Positions 1 through 21,484 are shown, counted from the stretch's first letter. The stretch is DNA of 64,000 nt from Macrostomum lignano (GCA_002269645.1 NIVC01000440.1:186001-250000), one strand, 5' to 3'. Translations and numbers: made by a program. Notes: generated by a model not told the origin, from the letters alone.

Positions 1-152
1 AATTCTGTGTTAAAAGCTAGTCTAGAAGTTTTCTCACCACCTCCCTCTTATATTAAAATTCCAGTAGTTGCGGGACTTTTTTGTCTTGTATCATCTTTCC
101 TATTTTATTTTCAATTTCTTAATCTACCTGTCATTTCAATTCCCCCAAAGTC

Positions 153-1705
153 TTAGCCAAGCCAGCTATCCTCATGCATCCCAGTCTCAGCTGTCTCACG
201 CATTCTCGGCTGGAAGCACTCTCCAGTAACTGTCAGCTGCCACAGCTGGTTAGTGCTCTCGTTGGCCTGCTTTGCCAATTCGGCTGCCGATTCGGCCGCC
301 GTTGCCTGCCGCTGCAGCCACAGCCGGCGCCGCCACTCCAGCAGGCCGCGCTCGCCAAGTCGCGGCGCTAGCAGAAAATATCCGGGCTGGTAGTTTACGG
401 GGGGAGTTGGTTATTTTCCAATCTTAATATAGGCGGTGGCAGTTGAAAAATTACAATAAATTAAAAAAAAATTTTTTAATAAATAACGAATAATAAACAA
501 CGAATATTTTGTTGTTTTGTAAATTCTAAAAACAACCTATTTGAACAGGACTAATATTTGAAATATATAGTGTTCCTTCTACAGATTTTATTGTACTTTT
601 TAGCTAGCTCACTAGGATTAAACGGATTATCAAAAGTTTTATTTTTGGTTGCAATACTCCATCGCTACTACTATTGAAATTATGTATGACGTGTTTGCAC
701 ACAATTGTATTACTGAAACTTAAGGTTAAAGAGGGTGGGGAGTAGAGAAAGAGGGTGGGGAGGAGAGAAAGAGGGTGGGGAGGAGAGAAAGAGGGTGAGG
801 AGGAGAGAAAGAGGGTGAGGAGGAGAGAAAGAGGGTGGGGAGGAGAGAAAGAGGGTGGGGAGGAGAGAAAGAGGGTGGGGAGGAGAGAAAGAGGGTGGGG
901 AGGAGAGAAAGAGGGTGGGGAGGAGAGAAAGAGGGTGGGGAGGAGAGAAAGAGGGTGGGGAGGAGAGAAAGAGGGTGGGGAGGAGAGAAAGAGGGTGGAA
1001 AGGAGAGTAGAGAGCTATGCGATAGAATGATTAAAAACAAAACTAAGCATAGAAACACTACGGCTCGTACCTGTACTCTAGTTATTATTTTAAATTATTT
1101 GAGCAAAGTTACAAAGGATGCTTCTATTCTAGCCCTTTAGTGGAAATATAATATAGTTCATAGGTCTGACTTTCTATCACCTTCAAATGCACAGTCATCC
1201 TTAAGAAACTTACCGCCGGTGCTACTGTATTGAGATCGCAGTTGCTGGGCAATAATCCCGGCTCCAATACCTGTCTCGCTAGACGAGCTGTTGCAACTCT
1301 TGGCTTTCTGGTATCTTCAAATGGCTGCAGCCTTTGTCCGTTTGCAGTAGTATTAGTAGCCGAAATTTGGTCACTTTGCCCATTAGTTGTTGTTGTTCGT
1401 CTTTGTTGACTTTTCCGACGAGAACGTCTGCGTGGTTTTCTTTGTTGCCTTCGACTATCGCCGCTGTCTCTACTGACGCTGCCTTCATTTTTATCGTTAA
1501 ATTCCTCACTGTCACTGCTATTCAGTTGTTCCAAGTAGTGTCTGGTTAATGTCCGTTCAAGAGTACTTTCCTCTGTAGTTAGAGTCTCTGCTGTAGTTTG
1601 GATCTCTGCTGACTCCGATACAGTGGGAATTCGCACTACTAACTGGCTGTTGTCATGGTAACTATCTGTTGATGATGTCATTGCGCGGCTGTAAAGCGTT
1701 GTCAT
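153..1705 (-). CDS. Hypothetical 2-exon protein, join(1705..1181,386..153), ~252 aa; acidic/Ser-Thr N-half with a basic NLS-like stretch
   Basis: ATG at 1705; phase-0 donor AAG|GTGATA at 1181 joins phase-0 acceptor ACCAG|CCC at 386; open to TAA at 153-155; second exon GC-rich like other exons here; no family recognised. Confidence 0.4.
731..1000. repeat. 20-bp minisatellite (GAGGGTGGGGAGGAGAGAAA), ~13 copies
   Basis: Direct reading; lies in the predicted intron of the orphan gene. Confidence 0.95.
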
Positions 1706-1827
1706 TTAGGAGTGATTTGCCAGCCGAAATGATTTGCTAAAGTTCGCAAACCTACCAAAAGCCAGGGAACCAAAGACCGACAGAAGCACTAATCGACTAT
1801 AAAAACGAGTGAACTGCCAAGAGACGC

Positions 1828-2360
1828 ACTTAACCTACCAAAATAACAACTGACCTACCGAACGAAGCACTTGACCTACCAAAATAACCACTCACCTACT
1901 GAACGAAGCACTTAACCTACCAAAATAACCACTCACCTACCGAACGAAGCACTTAACCTACCTAAATAACCACTCACCTACCGAACGAAGCACTTAACCT
2001 ACCAAAATAACCACTCACCTACTGAACGAAGCACTTAGCCTACCAAAATAACCACTCACCTACCGAACGAAGCACTTAGCCTACCAAAATAACCGCTGAG
2101 CTAGATAACGAAGCACTTAACCTACCAAAATAACCACTGAGCTACCGAACGAAGCACTTAACCTACCAAAATAACCACTGAGCTACCGAACGAAGCACTT
2201 AACCTACCAAAATAACCACTAAGCTACCGAACGAAGCACTTAACCTACCAAAATAACCACTAAGCTACCGAACGAAGCACTTAACCTACCAAAATAACCA
2301 CTAAGCTACCGAACGAAGCACAACCTACCAAAATAACAGCTGATCTACCAAACGAAGCAC
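1828..2360. repeat. ~41-bp minisatellite (CTACCAAAATAACCACTCACCTACCGAACGAAGCACTTAAC)
   Basis: Direct reading, period 41. Confidence 0.9.
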
Positions 2361-4063
2361 TAAGATAACCTAGAGAAATACTAACCTACCAAAAAGACTG
2401 AACTACTGAACGAAACACTGATACAAACGAGTAACCCAGTGCAGTCAAAAATGGTTTAAACCGAACAAATTGTACAACTTACAAGGCAGAAAGCACTTAC
2501 TTCGCGAACTATAGAAGTCGATTCACACTCTTCCAAGTCAAGCCAACTGTCTATTTAGTTTGCTTAGCAGTCGGGGTTATTGGCGTCTAGTATTTATATT
2601 ATAATAAAAAACGGACAAGTGTGTGCTCAGTGAAAACTGCGCTGCAGGCTAGAGTGGATGAATAATATACCCTTGGATCTGAGATGAAGTACCCAGTTTC
2701 GCTTCTGCTGCGCCAGCTCTGGGATGGTTTCTTTATTTTCTATAACAGACAGTACAAGCACGCGCTGAGTCTGCTTGTAGTTTGTGCTTTGTAGCCTAAA
2801 ACTTCTCTACCTCATTTACTTGGCTGCTGAAATTTAAACTTAGAAAAAAGATGAGAGTGCTCTGCAAGAAATTACAGTTAGAATAGGCTAGGCTTGCCTG
2901 GACTTGAACGGTGCTTCTCTCATGAACTCCCTAACACCCAGTTGCCACTTCTGACGCCAGTGAATTAGATGTGCCTATAGTCTGCTTCCTTCCATATTTC
3001 CGTTGTAACGGCCGCAAATAGGCTTTCTGACAATTAATTTAGCTGTGTATTAGTCAAATGTAGCTAAAATACAATTATTAAACGGAATGGAGTGGGTTAG
3101 AGATGGTATGGCTTCTTGCAAGCCATTTGATACAACGAGCAAGCAATTTAATGATCAGTGGGAAATCCCAGCGCTAACAGGTCGATTTCTCAGTACTCTA
3201 TGGTCCAAACTATGGGCTTTGGAGCAACCAATTTTATAATCCGAGCACTCATTTAGTCATTTCCAGTGTCACTGGTGTCGCATTTAAACACTGTATTAGG
3301 GGAGACAATGATATATTCTTCTGCACTATTTTTGAGTGTTAATGACAATGCAATAAAGCACAAACAGTTTGAAGAAAGAAAACAGAGCAAAAACTTAGCA
3401 AATCGAATCGAAAACTATTAGGACAGAAAATTAGCGAAAGCAGATCTCAAATGTTGCTTATCTTGTCGTAGGAGCCACGTGCTGCTGCTGCTTGATCTTG
3501 TTCTTCTAGGGCACTTTATCTGCGAAGCTCACCTCATCTTTCTTCAAAGTCTTTTTCTATCTGTTAGCCCTGGGTTTGCCCACTGATTATTATAATACTT
3601 GCTCGTAGTATCAAAAGGCTTGCAAAACGCTTTATTTAACCAATCTTTCTACTTTGATTTATGGTGAAAAACACCGTCTATGGTCTGTGGCACAAGCACA
3701 GACAGCATTGAATGTAAGACACAGAACAATTAAATTCAGGCAAGCCATCCCCGCCGTGCAAATGGAGCTAAATGAGTCCACCAGAATAAATTAATCTATA
3801 GAATTGGTATTCCATGATGCTGCAGAGAATCGCGGAGTCACGCGTGGATGTCATCACGGTTGTCTGATTTTGCTCATGCACTGCACTTCCTGGCCCGTGA
3901 AAACATCTGATTGAGCACACTGTGGTTTGACAGTTTAGCTGCAGTTGCAGACTTGTTCGCTATTTGCATCACTAAAATAAACCTTTCTTTGTCTAAAGTC
4001 TTAATATCCAACTACTCAATATTTTGAAGACAATGCTGTCCGCATACACGGTTTTCTACATAG

Positions 4064-5118
4064 ATTATCATCAAACCATATGTTGAATATGGTTGGCCGT
4101 GTCTTAAAAGGAATTCTCGACTTCATAAATAAAATAAAGATTATCCTCAAACCATAGGTTGAATATGGTTGGCAGTGTCTTAAAAGGAATTCTCGACTTC
4201 ATAAATAAAATAAAGATTATCCTCAAACCATAGGTTGAATATGGTTGGCCGTGTCTTAAAAGGAATTCTCGACTTCATAAATAAAGATTATCCTCAAACC
4301 ATAGGTTGAATATGGTTGGCCGTGTCTTAAAAGGAATTCTCGACTTCATAAATAAAATAAAGATTATCCTCAAACCATAGGTTGAAAATGGTTGGCCGTG
4401 TCTTAAAAGGAATTCTCGACTTCATAAATAAAATAAAGATTTTCCTCAAACCATAGGTTGAATATGGTTGGCAGTGTCTTAAAAGGAATTCTCGACTTCA
4501 TAAATAAAATAAAGATTATCCTCAAACCATAGGTTGAATATGGTTGGCCGTGTCTTAAAAGGAATTCTCGACTTCATAAATAAAATAAAGATTATCCTCA
4601 AACCATAGGTTGAATATGGTTGGCCGTGTCTTAAAAGGAATTCTCGACTTCATAAATAAAATAAAGATTATCCTCAAACCATAGGTTGAATATGGTTGGC
4701 CGTGTCTTAAAAGGAATTCTCGACTTCATAAATAAAATGAAGATTATCCTCAAACCATAGGTTGAATATGGTTGGCCGTGTCTTAAAAGGAATTCTCGAC
4801 TTCATAAATAAAATAAAGATTATCCTCAAACCATAGGTTGAATATGGTTGGCCGTGTCTTAAAAGGAATTCTCGACTTCATAAATAAAATGAAGATTATC
4901 CTCAAACCATAGGTTGAATATGGTTGGCCGTGTCTTAAAAGGAATTCTCGACTTCATAAATAAAATAAATATTATCCTCAAACCATAGGTTGAATATGGT
5001 TGGCCGTGTCTTAAAAGGAATTCTCGACTTCATAAATAAAGATTATCCTCAAACCATAGGTTGAATATGGTTGGCCGTGTCTTAAAAGGAATTCTCGACT
5101 TCATAAATAAAATAAAGA
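4064..5118. repeat. 76-bp tandem repeat with EcoRI site and short AACCATA/TATGGTT hairpin, ~14 copies
   Basis: Period 76 (4141 to 4217); head-to-tail, no spacers. Confidence 0.95.
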
Positions 5119-5389
5119 TGCAGTTGTTTCGTCATAACTAATAAGAGCAAAGCAATTCTTGTGCTAGAAGCCGTGCCTTGAAATCGCATAAGCCATTCAC
5201 ATGAAAATGAAATAGATAGTTTTAAACAAATTGCGAGAGATTCTGCGTGCTTCCATGTGTAAACTTGAAGCAATGTCTTGCTTAGAAGGTGTAAAATTTC
5301 AGTATTTGACAATTCGATAGTGTTGTTAGCTTCAACTGTTTTTAATAATTGGAATTCTTTCTTCCGACAGGTTGTGGTGTTTAGCAGGC

Positions 5390-6136
5390 ATGCTCTCCCG
5401 TCTCATGTGCGACCGCTGCAGACTGCAGCTTCTGCTAGCTGGCCGCCAGCACCAGTTCTTCCAGCGATTCAAAAGCGACAACTCGGCCCGCTTTGGTCAG
5501 AATCTGGGGCCGGGCGGGCCGTGGCAAAGCCGCGGAAAACCCGCAGTAGACGCGGGCGCCACGGCCACAATGTACATGTCCGCCGCGGCCGTGTTCATGC
5601 TAGGCCTATCGTACGCTTCGGTGCCGCTGTACCGCAAATTCTGCCAGATGACCGGCACCGCGTCCAACCCGCTGCTGGCTCGAGTTGACAACATCGAGCG
5701 AGTCCGCGAGATGCGACCGGTGGCCGACTGTCCGCTGGTTGTCAACTTTATCGCCGACACGCACTCGCAGTTGGCTTGGAATTTCCGGCCGCAGCAGCCG
5801 CGGGTTCAGCTGGTGCCCGGCGAGACTGTGCTGGTGTTCTACACGGCCAGGAACCCCACGGATGTGCCCGTGACCGGCATCGCCACCTACACCGTCAACC
5901 CCTACCAGGCCTCCCAGTATTTCAACAAGATCCAATGCTTCTGCTTTGAAGAGCAGCGTTTAAATCCTGGCGAAGAGGTCGACATGCCCGTGTTTTTCTA
6001 CATCGACCCGGAGTTCATTAACGACCCCAGGCTGAGAGACGTGCGCCAGATTACGCTGTCTTATTGCTTCTTCGAAGCCAAGGAGGGCCTGAGTCTGTCC
6101 CTGCCTGGACTGGCTGCGAGTCCGGCCGCCACTTGA
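5390..6136 (+). CDS. COX11: Cytochrome c oxidase copper chaperone COX11 (intronless CDS, ~248 aa)
   Basis: LSYASVPLYRKFCQMTG, WNFRPQQ, V.PGET.LVFYTA.N, YFNKIQCFCFEEQRLNPGEEVDMPVFFYIDPEF motifs; Arg/Leu-rich mitochondrial presequence; splice acceptor CCGACAG| at 5370 just upstream of ATG 5390. Confidence 0.97.
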   Translation: MLSRLMCDRCRLQLLLAGRQHQFFQRFKSDNSARFGQNLGPGGPWQSRGKPAVDAGATATMYMSAAAVFMLGLSYASVPLYRKFCQMTGTASNPLLARVDNIERVREMRPVADCPLVVNFIADTHSQLAWNFRPQQPRVQLVPGETVLVFYTARNPTDVPVTGIATYTVNPYQASQYFNKIQCFCFEEQRLNPGEEVDMPVFFYIDPEFINDPRLRDVRQITLSYCFFEAKEGLSLSLPGLAASPAAT

Positions 6137-6224
6137 ACTGATTTCTTTTACTGTTTTGGGGTACTTTATGTTCTTGTGTCTGTAGGTTTAACATGAATCA
6201 ATTCTTTAGAGCTTTGCAAGATGG

Positions 6225-7700
6225 GGAATCAGCCTCTCAGATCCTCAGTTGCTGGGCCAGCCTCCCAGAGTGTCAGTTGCTGGGCCAGCCTCCCAGAGTG
6301 TCAGTTGCTGGGCCAGCCTCCCAGAGTGTCAGTTGCTGGGCCAGCCTCTTAGATCCTCAGTTGCTGGGCCAGCCTCCAAGATCCTCAGTTGCTGGGCCAG
6401 CCTCTTAGATCCTCAGTTGCTGGGCCAGCCTCCCAGAGTGTCAGTTGCTGGGCCAGCCTCCTAGAGTGTCAGTTGCTGGGCCAGCCTCCCAGAGTGTCAG
6501 TTGCTGGGCCAGCCTCTCAGATCCTCAGTTGCTGGGCCAGCCTCCCAGAGTGTCAGTTACTGGGCCAGCCTCTCAGATCCTCAGTTGCTGGGCCAGCCTC
6601 CCAGAGTGTCAGTTGCTGGGCCAGCCTCCCAGATCCTCAGTTGCTGGGCCAGCCTTCCAGATCCTCAGTTGCTGGGCCAGCCTCCCAGATCCTCAGTTGC
6701 TGGGCCAGCCTCCCAGATCCTCAGTTGCTGGGCCAGCCTCCCAGAGTGTCAGTTGCTGGGCCAGCCTCCCAGATCCTCAGTTGCTGGGCCAGCCTCCCAG
6801 ATCCTCAGTTACTGGGCCAGCCTCTTAGATCCTCAGTTACTGGGCCAGCCTCTCAGATCCTCAGTTGCTGGGCCAGCCTCCCAGAGTGTCAGTTACTGGG
6901 CCAGCCTCTCAGATCCTCAGTTGCTGGGCCAGCCTCCCAGAGTGTCAGTTGCTGGGCCAGCCTCCCAGATCCTCAGTTGCTGGGCCAGCCTTCCAGATCC
7001 TCAGTTGCTGGGCCAGCCTCCCAGATCCTCAGTTGCTGGGCCAGCCTCCCAGATCCTCAGTTGCTGGGCCAGCCTCCCAGAGTGTCAGTTGCTGGGCCAG
7101 CCTCCCAGATCCTCAGTTGCTGGGCCAGCCTCCCAGATCCTCAGTTACTGGGCCAGCCTCTTAGATCCTCAGTTGCTGGGCCAGCCTCTCAGAGTGTCAG
7201 TTGCTGGGCCAGCCTCCCAGAGTGTCAGTTACTGGGCCAGCCTCTCAGATCCTCAGTTGCTGGGCCAGCCTCCCAGAGTGTCAGTTGCTGGGCCAGCCTC
7301 CCAGAGTGTCAGTTGCTGGGCCAGCCTCCCAGATCCTCAGTTGCTGGGCCAGCCTTCCAGATCCTCAGTTGCTGGGCCAGCCTCCCAGATCCTCAGTTGC
7401 TGGGCCAGCCTCCCAGATCCTCAGTTGCTGGGCCAGCCTCCCAGAGTGTCAGTTGCTGGGCCAGCCTCCCAGATTCTCAGTTGCTGGGCCAGCCTCTTAG
7501 ATCCTCAGTTACTGGGCCAGCCTCTCAGATCCTCAGTTACTGGGCCAGCCTCTTAGATCCTCAGTTGCTGGGCCAGCCTCCCAGATCCTCAGTTGCTGCC
7601 TCTCAGATCCTCAGTTACTGGGCCAGCCTCCCAGATCCTCAGTTGCTGGGCCAGCCTCCCAGATCCTCAGTTGCTGCCTCTTAGATCCTCAGTTTCTGGG
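6225..7700. repeat. 28-bp minisatellite (CAGTTGCTGGGCCAGCCTCCCAGA[GTGT/TCCT]) with a 336-bp (12-unit) higher-order period
   Basis: Direct reading; near-identical blocks start at 6865 and 7201. Confidence 0.95.
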
Positions 7701-8028
7701 CGAGCCTTTATCTGTTAGAAATGTGCAAAAAACTATGCAAAAAATGAAATTAGATTGTGTTCCTGTATTTCAATCTACGCTGTTATGCCCTATAGCTAAA
7801 CTCTATAGGCAGAGCTTGCGTATAATTGATAATTCAAGTACATTGCTATTGTGCCGTCCATAAGACTGGCAGTCAGCGATATAAAAATTTCAAATTTATA
7901 TTCTTCTTTTATTTTTGTCTACACTACTGTTATCAAAGTCCAATTAGTGTTAAATATGTTCTGTAACAAACTTCTTTACTACCGGTACTGATAATCACTT
8001 TCAGCATTAATAAACTAACATTGGCACA

Positions 8029-10455
8029 ATGAGCTCTTCTCGGTCCGCTAAACCTGACTATCAGGAGCTGATGGAGCAGCGGCTGGATGACTTGCGATTC
8101 CACGAAAGTAGAGGTTTGTGCGGGGATTCAGGTGTCTGGGTGAAGCTGTGGTGTGGGTGACTCATCACTGTGAAGGGTCTGGGTGAAACTGTGGTGTGGG
8201 TGACTCATCACTGTGAAGGGTCTGGGTGAAGCTGTGGTGTGGGTGACTCATCACTGTGAAGGGTCTGGGTGAAACTGTGGTGTGGGTGACTCATCACTGT
8301 GAAGGGTCTGGGTGAAGCTGTGGTGTGGGTGACTCATCACTGTGAAGGGTCTGGGTGAAGCTGTGGTGTGGGTGACTTATCACTGTGAAGGGTCTGGGTG
8401 AAGCTGTGGTGTGGGTGACTCATCACTGTGAAGGGTCTGGGTGAAACTGTGGTGTGGGTGACTCATCACTGTGAAGGGTCTGGGTGAAGCTGTGGTGTGG
8501 GTGACTCATCACTGTGAAGGGTCTGGGTGAAGCTGTGGTGTGGGTGACTCATCACTGTTAAGGGTCTGGGTGAAACTGTGGTGTGGGTGACTCATCACTG
8601 TTAAGGGTCTGGGTGAAGCTGTGGTGTGGGTGACTCATCACTGTGAAGGGTCTGGGTGAAGCTGTGGTGTGGGTGACTCATCACTGTGAAGGGTCTGGGT
8701 GAAGCTGTGGTGTGGGTGACTCATCACTGTGAAGGGTCTGGGTGAAGCTGTGGTGTGGGTGACTCATCACTGTGAAGGGTCTGGGTGAAGCTGTGGTGTG
8801 GGTGACTCACTGTGACAGGCATGTGAACCAGCTAGCAATTTAATTTCCAACCCTCAGCTGAACTTCACCGCAGCGTTCTATCGAAGTTCCTTGGCGACAG
8901 TCTGGCAGAGACTGTGCTGTCGCCCGACACCCTGCCTGAGCTCCATAGCTTGGTGCGACTGGCGGTTGAGCAGGGCTTCGACACCTTGGATGTTGCACAG
9001 TGAGTCATTGTGCCTTTGGAAGCCTCTTTCTACAGAAACCTGCGTATTTTTGCCGCCGATCTTAGCTGCACACCTTAGCTACACACCTCAGCTGCACACC
9101 TTAGCTACACACCTTAGCTACACACCTTAGCTACACACCTTAGCTACACACCTTAGCTACACACCTTAGTTACACACCTTAGCTACACACCTTAGCTGCA
9201 CACCTTAGCTACACACCTTAGCTACACACCTTAGCTACACACCTTAGCTACACACCTTAGTTACACACCTTAGCTACACACCTTAGCTGCACACCTTAGC
9301 TGCACACCTTAGCTACACACCTTAGCTGCACACCTTTGCTACACACCTCAGCTGCACACCTTAGCTGCGCACCTTAGCAACTATTATAATCCCTATTTTC
9401 CAGTCTCTCACGCCGGCTGCTCGCCAATCAGATTGAGCTGGAGAGAACTGAACTGGACAGCATCAAGCTGCAGCGATCGCTAGATTCTGTCGGCGAATGT
9501 CTTCAACAAGTTGCTGAAATGCAAGCTCAAGTTGATAGGTAGTTAAGCTTTGATATGGTTACCATGGTAACAAGTTTTTAAGTTTGCATAATTCTTGCTA
9601 AAATTTCAGTCTGCTGGAGCAAAAACTTGCCAAAAGCAGCAAGCAGGCAAGCAAAGCGGCTTCGGCTCAGCGTCAAATTGAAAAGGACTCTCTGGAGGCG
9701 AAGAAATTTCAGGCGGCTGCCGAAACGCTTGAGGTTTGTTGTCTGTTTACTTTACGGGTTTGCGTGTATATTTATTTTCGATACATATCGGCTTGATTGG
9801 TCACCGTTTGTTTTAGTTATTTTCAATACATATCGGCTGAATTAAACATCATTGGTTATAGCTATTTTTGATACATGTCGGCTGAATTGAATACCATAAG
9901 TTATAGTTATTTTCGATACATATCGAATCAATGAAACACCATTTGTTTTAGTTATTTTCAATACATATCGGCTGAATTAAACATCATTGGTTATAGCTAT
10001 TTTCGATACATGTCGGCTGAATTGAATACCATAAGTTATAGTTATTTTCGATACATATCGAATCGATGAAACACCATTAGTTTTAGTTATTTTCGATACA
10101 TATCGGCTTGTCAACACCTAGGGTCATTTTTCTATAATTCTAAGTGTCTGTTCTATTTCTCCTACTTGTAGCGGCATGTAGCGTTCGTTAATTAAAAAAT
10201 CTTTATTAAAATTTCCCGCAGGCAAATCTGCAATCGCTAGGTTTTGCCGACAATCTGACGCACGAGAGCCTGATTGAGGCGCACCTGTCTAATCAGCACC
10301 TGGCAGCTGAGAAGCAGTCTCTTCTAGCCGGCATGGCCAGGTTTAACGGATTGTCGCCAGATTTAACAGAGGCCCGCGCCGAAGTTGAAGAGCTGGAGAG
10401 AGAAGTAGCCCGGCTGCAGGCTGAGATTCACGAGCAGGGCCGGTTCCTGCTGTGA
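8029..10455 (+). CDS. HAUS1: HAUS1-like augmin complex subunit, join(8029..8113,8858..8999,9404..9538,9610..9733,10222..10455), 239 aa
   Basis: All GT-AG junctions phase-compatible, 720 nt in total. C-terminus EANLQSLGFADNLTHESLI...FNGLSPDLTEARAEVEELEREV resembles my recollection of human HAUS1 (EEQLSARGMDASLSHQSLV...YLDLMPNPSLAQVKIEEAKREL); coiled-coil composition. Gene model is more certain than the family call. Confidence 0.65.
8135..8815. repeat. 43-bp minisatellite in HAUS1 intron 1; almost every unit contains TGACTCA
   Basis: Unit GGGTCTGGGTGAAGCTGTGGTGTGGGTGACTCATCACTGTGAA, ~16 copies. Confidence 0.95.
9061..9378. repeat. 14-bp minisatellite (CACACCTTAGCTA[C/G]) in HAUS1 intron 2
   Basis: Direct reading. 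Confidence 0.95.
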
Positions 10456-10519
10456 GCTCTCGGCTCCGGTTGACATTTGAATAACAAATAATTAGGTCTA
10501 TAAAACTCGTTAGTAGAGT

Positions 10520-10730
10520 TTGAGTCCTGCTCTAAGCTACAATGGGTGAGATTTTGAGTCCTGCTCTAAGCTACAATGGGTGAGATTTTGAGTCCTGCTC
10601 TAAGCTACAATGGGTGAGATTTTGAGTCCTGCTCTAAACTTCAATGGGTGAGATTTTGAGTTCTGCTCTAAGCTACAATGGGTGAGATTTTGAGTCCTGC
10701 TCTAAGCTACAATGGGTGAGATTTTGAGTT
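10520..10730. repeat. 34-bp tandem repeat downstream of the HAUS1 stop, ~6 copies
   Basis: GAGTCCTGCTCTAAGCTACAATGGGTGAGATTTT. Confidence 0.9.
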
Positions 10731-11368
10731 GTCTAATCTAGAATAGCTATCGTTAATATTTTAATATTTTCCTCAATTCAGCCGCTGCATTCTTATGTTC
10801 ATTTAATGTCGTTGCATTTCTTAGAAATATAATTGAATTCCTGTGAATTGTGTTTGATCTATTACTTAACACATTAACTGCATAATATATTTAAGTATGC
10901 CGAAGTATTTGCAAATAAATTTCAATACAACATTGAAGCATTGTTTTGCTTTCACTATCATTTGGGCTATTATTATACATACGCATCCGTTTTTTACATA
11001 AATTGCTACTCATCTAGTAGTATGCACACTACGTAGATCTACGCAAATTTGAAGCATACATTAGTATTGTAGCTAAGTATAAAATATGCACAGAGAATAA
11101 CGCATCAAGGAGGTGATTTTAGCGGTAGAACAATTTTGCGTACATTTCGTAAAACTTTTTGAGTGGAAATGTCGAATTTTAATGAGAAAGATGTGTGACA
11201 AGTGAAACGGTTGATTGATAGGCTGATTAGTTAGTTGAGTCCTAGTCCTAGATAGGCCACTCACTTCCTTGGTGACACTTCTTTCAATTGGGCGTCTGCT
11301 TCAGTGTTTTAAGTTGCATATAATTTGCACAATCTCGGTTTTAATTACTTCCGGGATTTTGTCTCTTA

Positions 11369-11993
11369 GGTGGGCGCCCCTGTCTGTTGGTTGGCGCCCC
11401 TGTCTCTTGGTGGGCGCCCCTGTGTCTTGGTTGGCGCCCCTGTCTCTTGGTGGGCGCCCCTGTGTCTTGGTGGGCGCCCCTGTCTCTTGGTTGGCGCCCC
11501 TGTCTCTTGGTTGGCGCCCCTGTCTCTTGGTGGGCGCCCCTGTGTCTTGGTGGGTGCCCCTGTCTCTTGGTGGGTGCCCCTGTCTCTTGGTGGGTGCCCC
11601 TGTGTCTTGGTGGGCGCCCCTGTCTCTTGGTGGGTGCCCCTGTGTCTTGGTGGGTGCCCCTGTCTCTTGGTGGGCGCCCCTGTGTCTTGGTGGGTGCCCC
11701 TGTCTCTTGGTGGGTGCCCCTGTGTCTTGGTGGGCGCCCCTGTCTCTTGGTGGGTGCCCCTGTGTCTTGGTGGGTGCCCCTGTCTCTTGGTGGGTGCCCC
11801 TGTGTCTTGGTGGGTGCCCCTGTGTCTTGGTGGGTGCCCCTGTCTCTTGGTGGGCGCCCCTGTCTCTTGGTGGGTGCCCCTGTCTCTTGGTGGGCGCCCC
11901 TGTGTCTTGGTGGGCGCCCCTGTCTCTTGGTGGGTTCCCCTGTCTCTTGGTGGGTGCCCCTGTCTCTTGGTGGGCGCCCCTGTCTGTTGGTGG
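11369..11993. repeat. 20-bp minisatellite (GGTGGGCGCCCCTGTCTCTT)
   Basis: Direct reading, ~31 copies. Confidence 0.95.
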
Positions 11994-12149
11994 CTATAAT
12001 AATGATAATAATTGATTACACCTGCCCCAGTTGGGCCAGATGTGCAACCGACAGCTCAGCCGCAGCTATCGCGCAGCGCATCTGAAGGCTGCGTACGGCT
12101 GTTCAGTCCAAGGACTGGGGATCGCCACACACACCCTCAATTACATGTA

Positions 12150-12290
12150 TTATACCCCAGCTAACGCTGGCACCCATTTTACAGCTGGGTGAACTGAAGC
12201 AATGCAGAGGAAAGTTTCTTGCTAAGGGCACAAAAATCGTTCCGATTGGGTCAAGAATCGAACCCCCGACCTTCAAGTCGTGAGTACATG
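12150..12290 (-). mobile_element. tRNA-headed SINE fragment with a CORE/Meta-like central domain
   Basis: Pol III B-box GGTTCGATTC on - strand at 12255-12264; adjacent GCTGGCACCCATTTTACAGCTGGGTGAACTGAAGCAATG...AAGTTTCTTGCTAAGGGCAC resembles the reverse complement of MIR/CORE/Meta SINE cores; no clear A-box. Confidence 0.6.
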
Positions 12291-12387
12291 GTGGACATGC
12301 ACAAGTACAATTGTGCATGTGGATGCTGTGTGGATCTGGAGATAGCGAGTGGCCAATTCAGTGAGTGAAGATCTGTGCTCCTAAGTG

Positions 12388-21393
<9,006 letters not shown>

Positions 21394-21484
21394 GCTGTGC
21401 GGCGGCGCGGCACCTTTGATGCGGCCTGCGAACCGGTGCAGGGGATGGTGGATGGTTGTAAATTTCCATAATTACTGGATGGGG

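Noticed and set aside
2600-3960. Possible decayed retroelement or exon between the orphan gene and COX11
   Set aside because: No sustained reading frame or recognisable motif in the stretches I translated
4064-5118. 76-bp array with internal hairpin resembling a CRISPR
   Set aside because: Units are head-to-tail with no unique spacers; eukaryotic context; no cas genes
12240-12300. tRNA gene
   Set aside because: Only a B-box/T-arm-like segment; no cloverleaf or A-box; better explained as a SINE head
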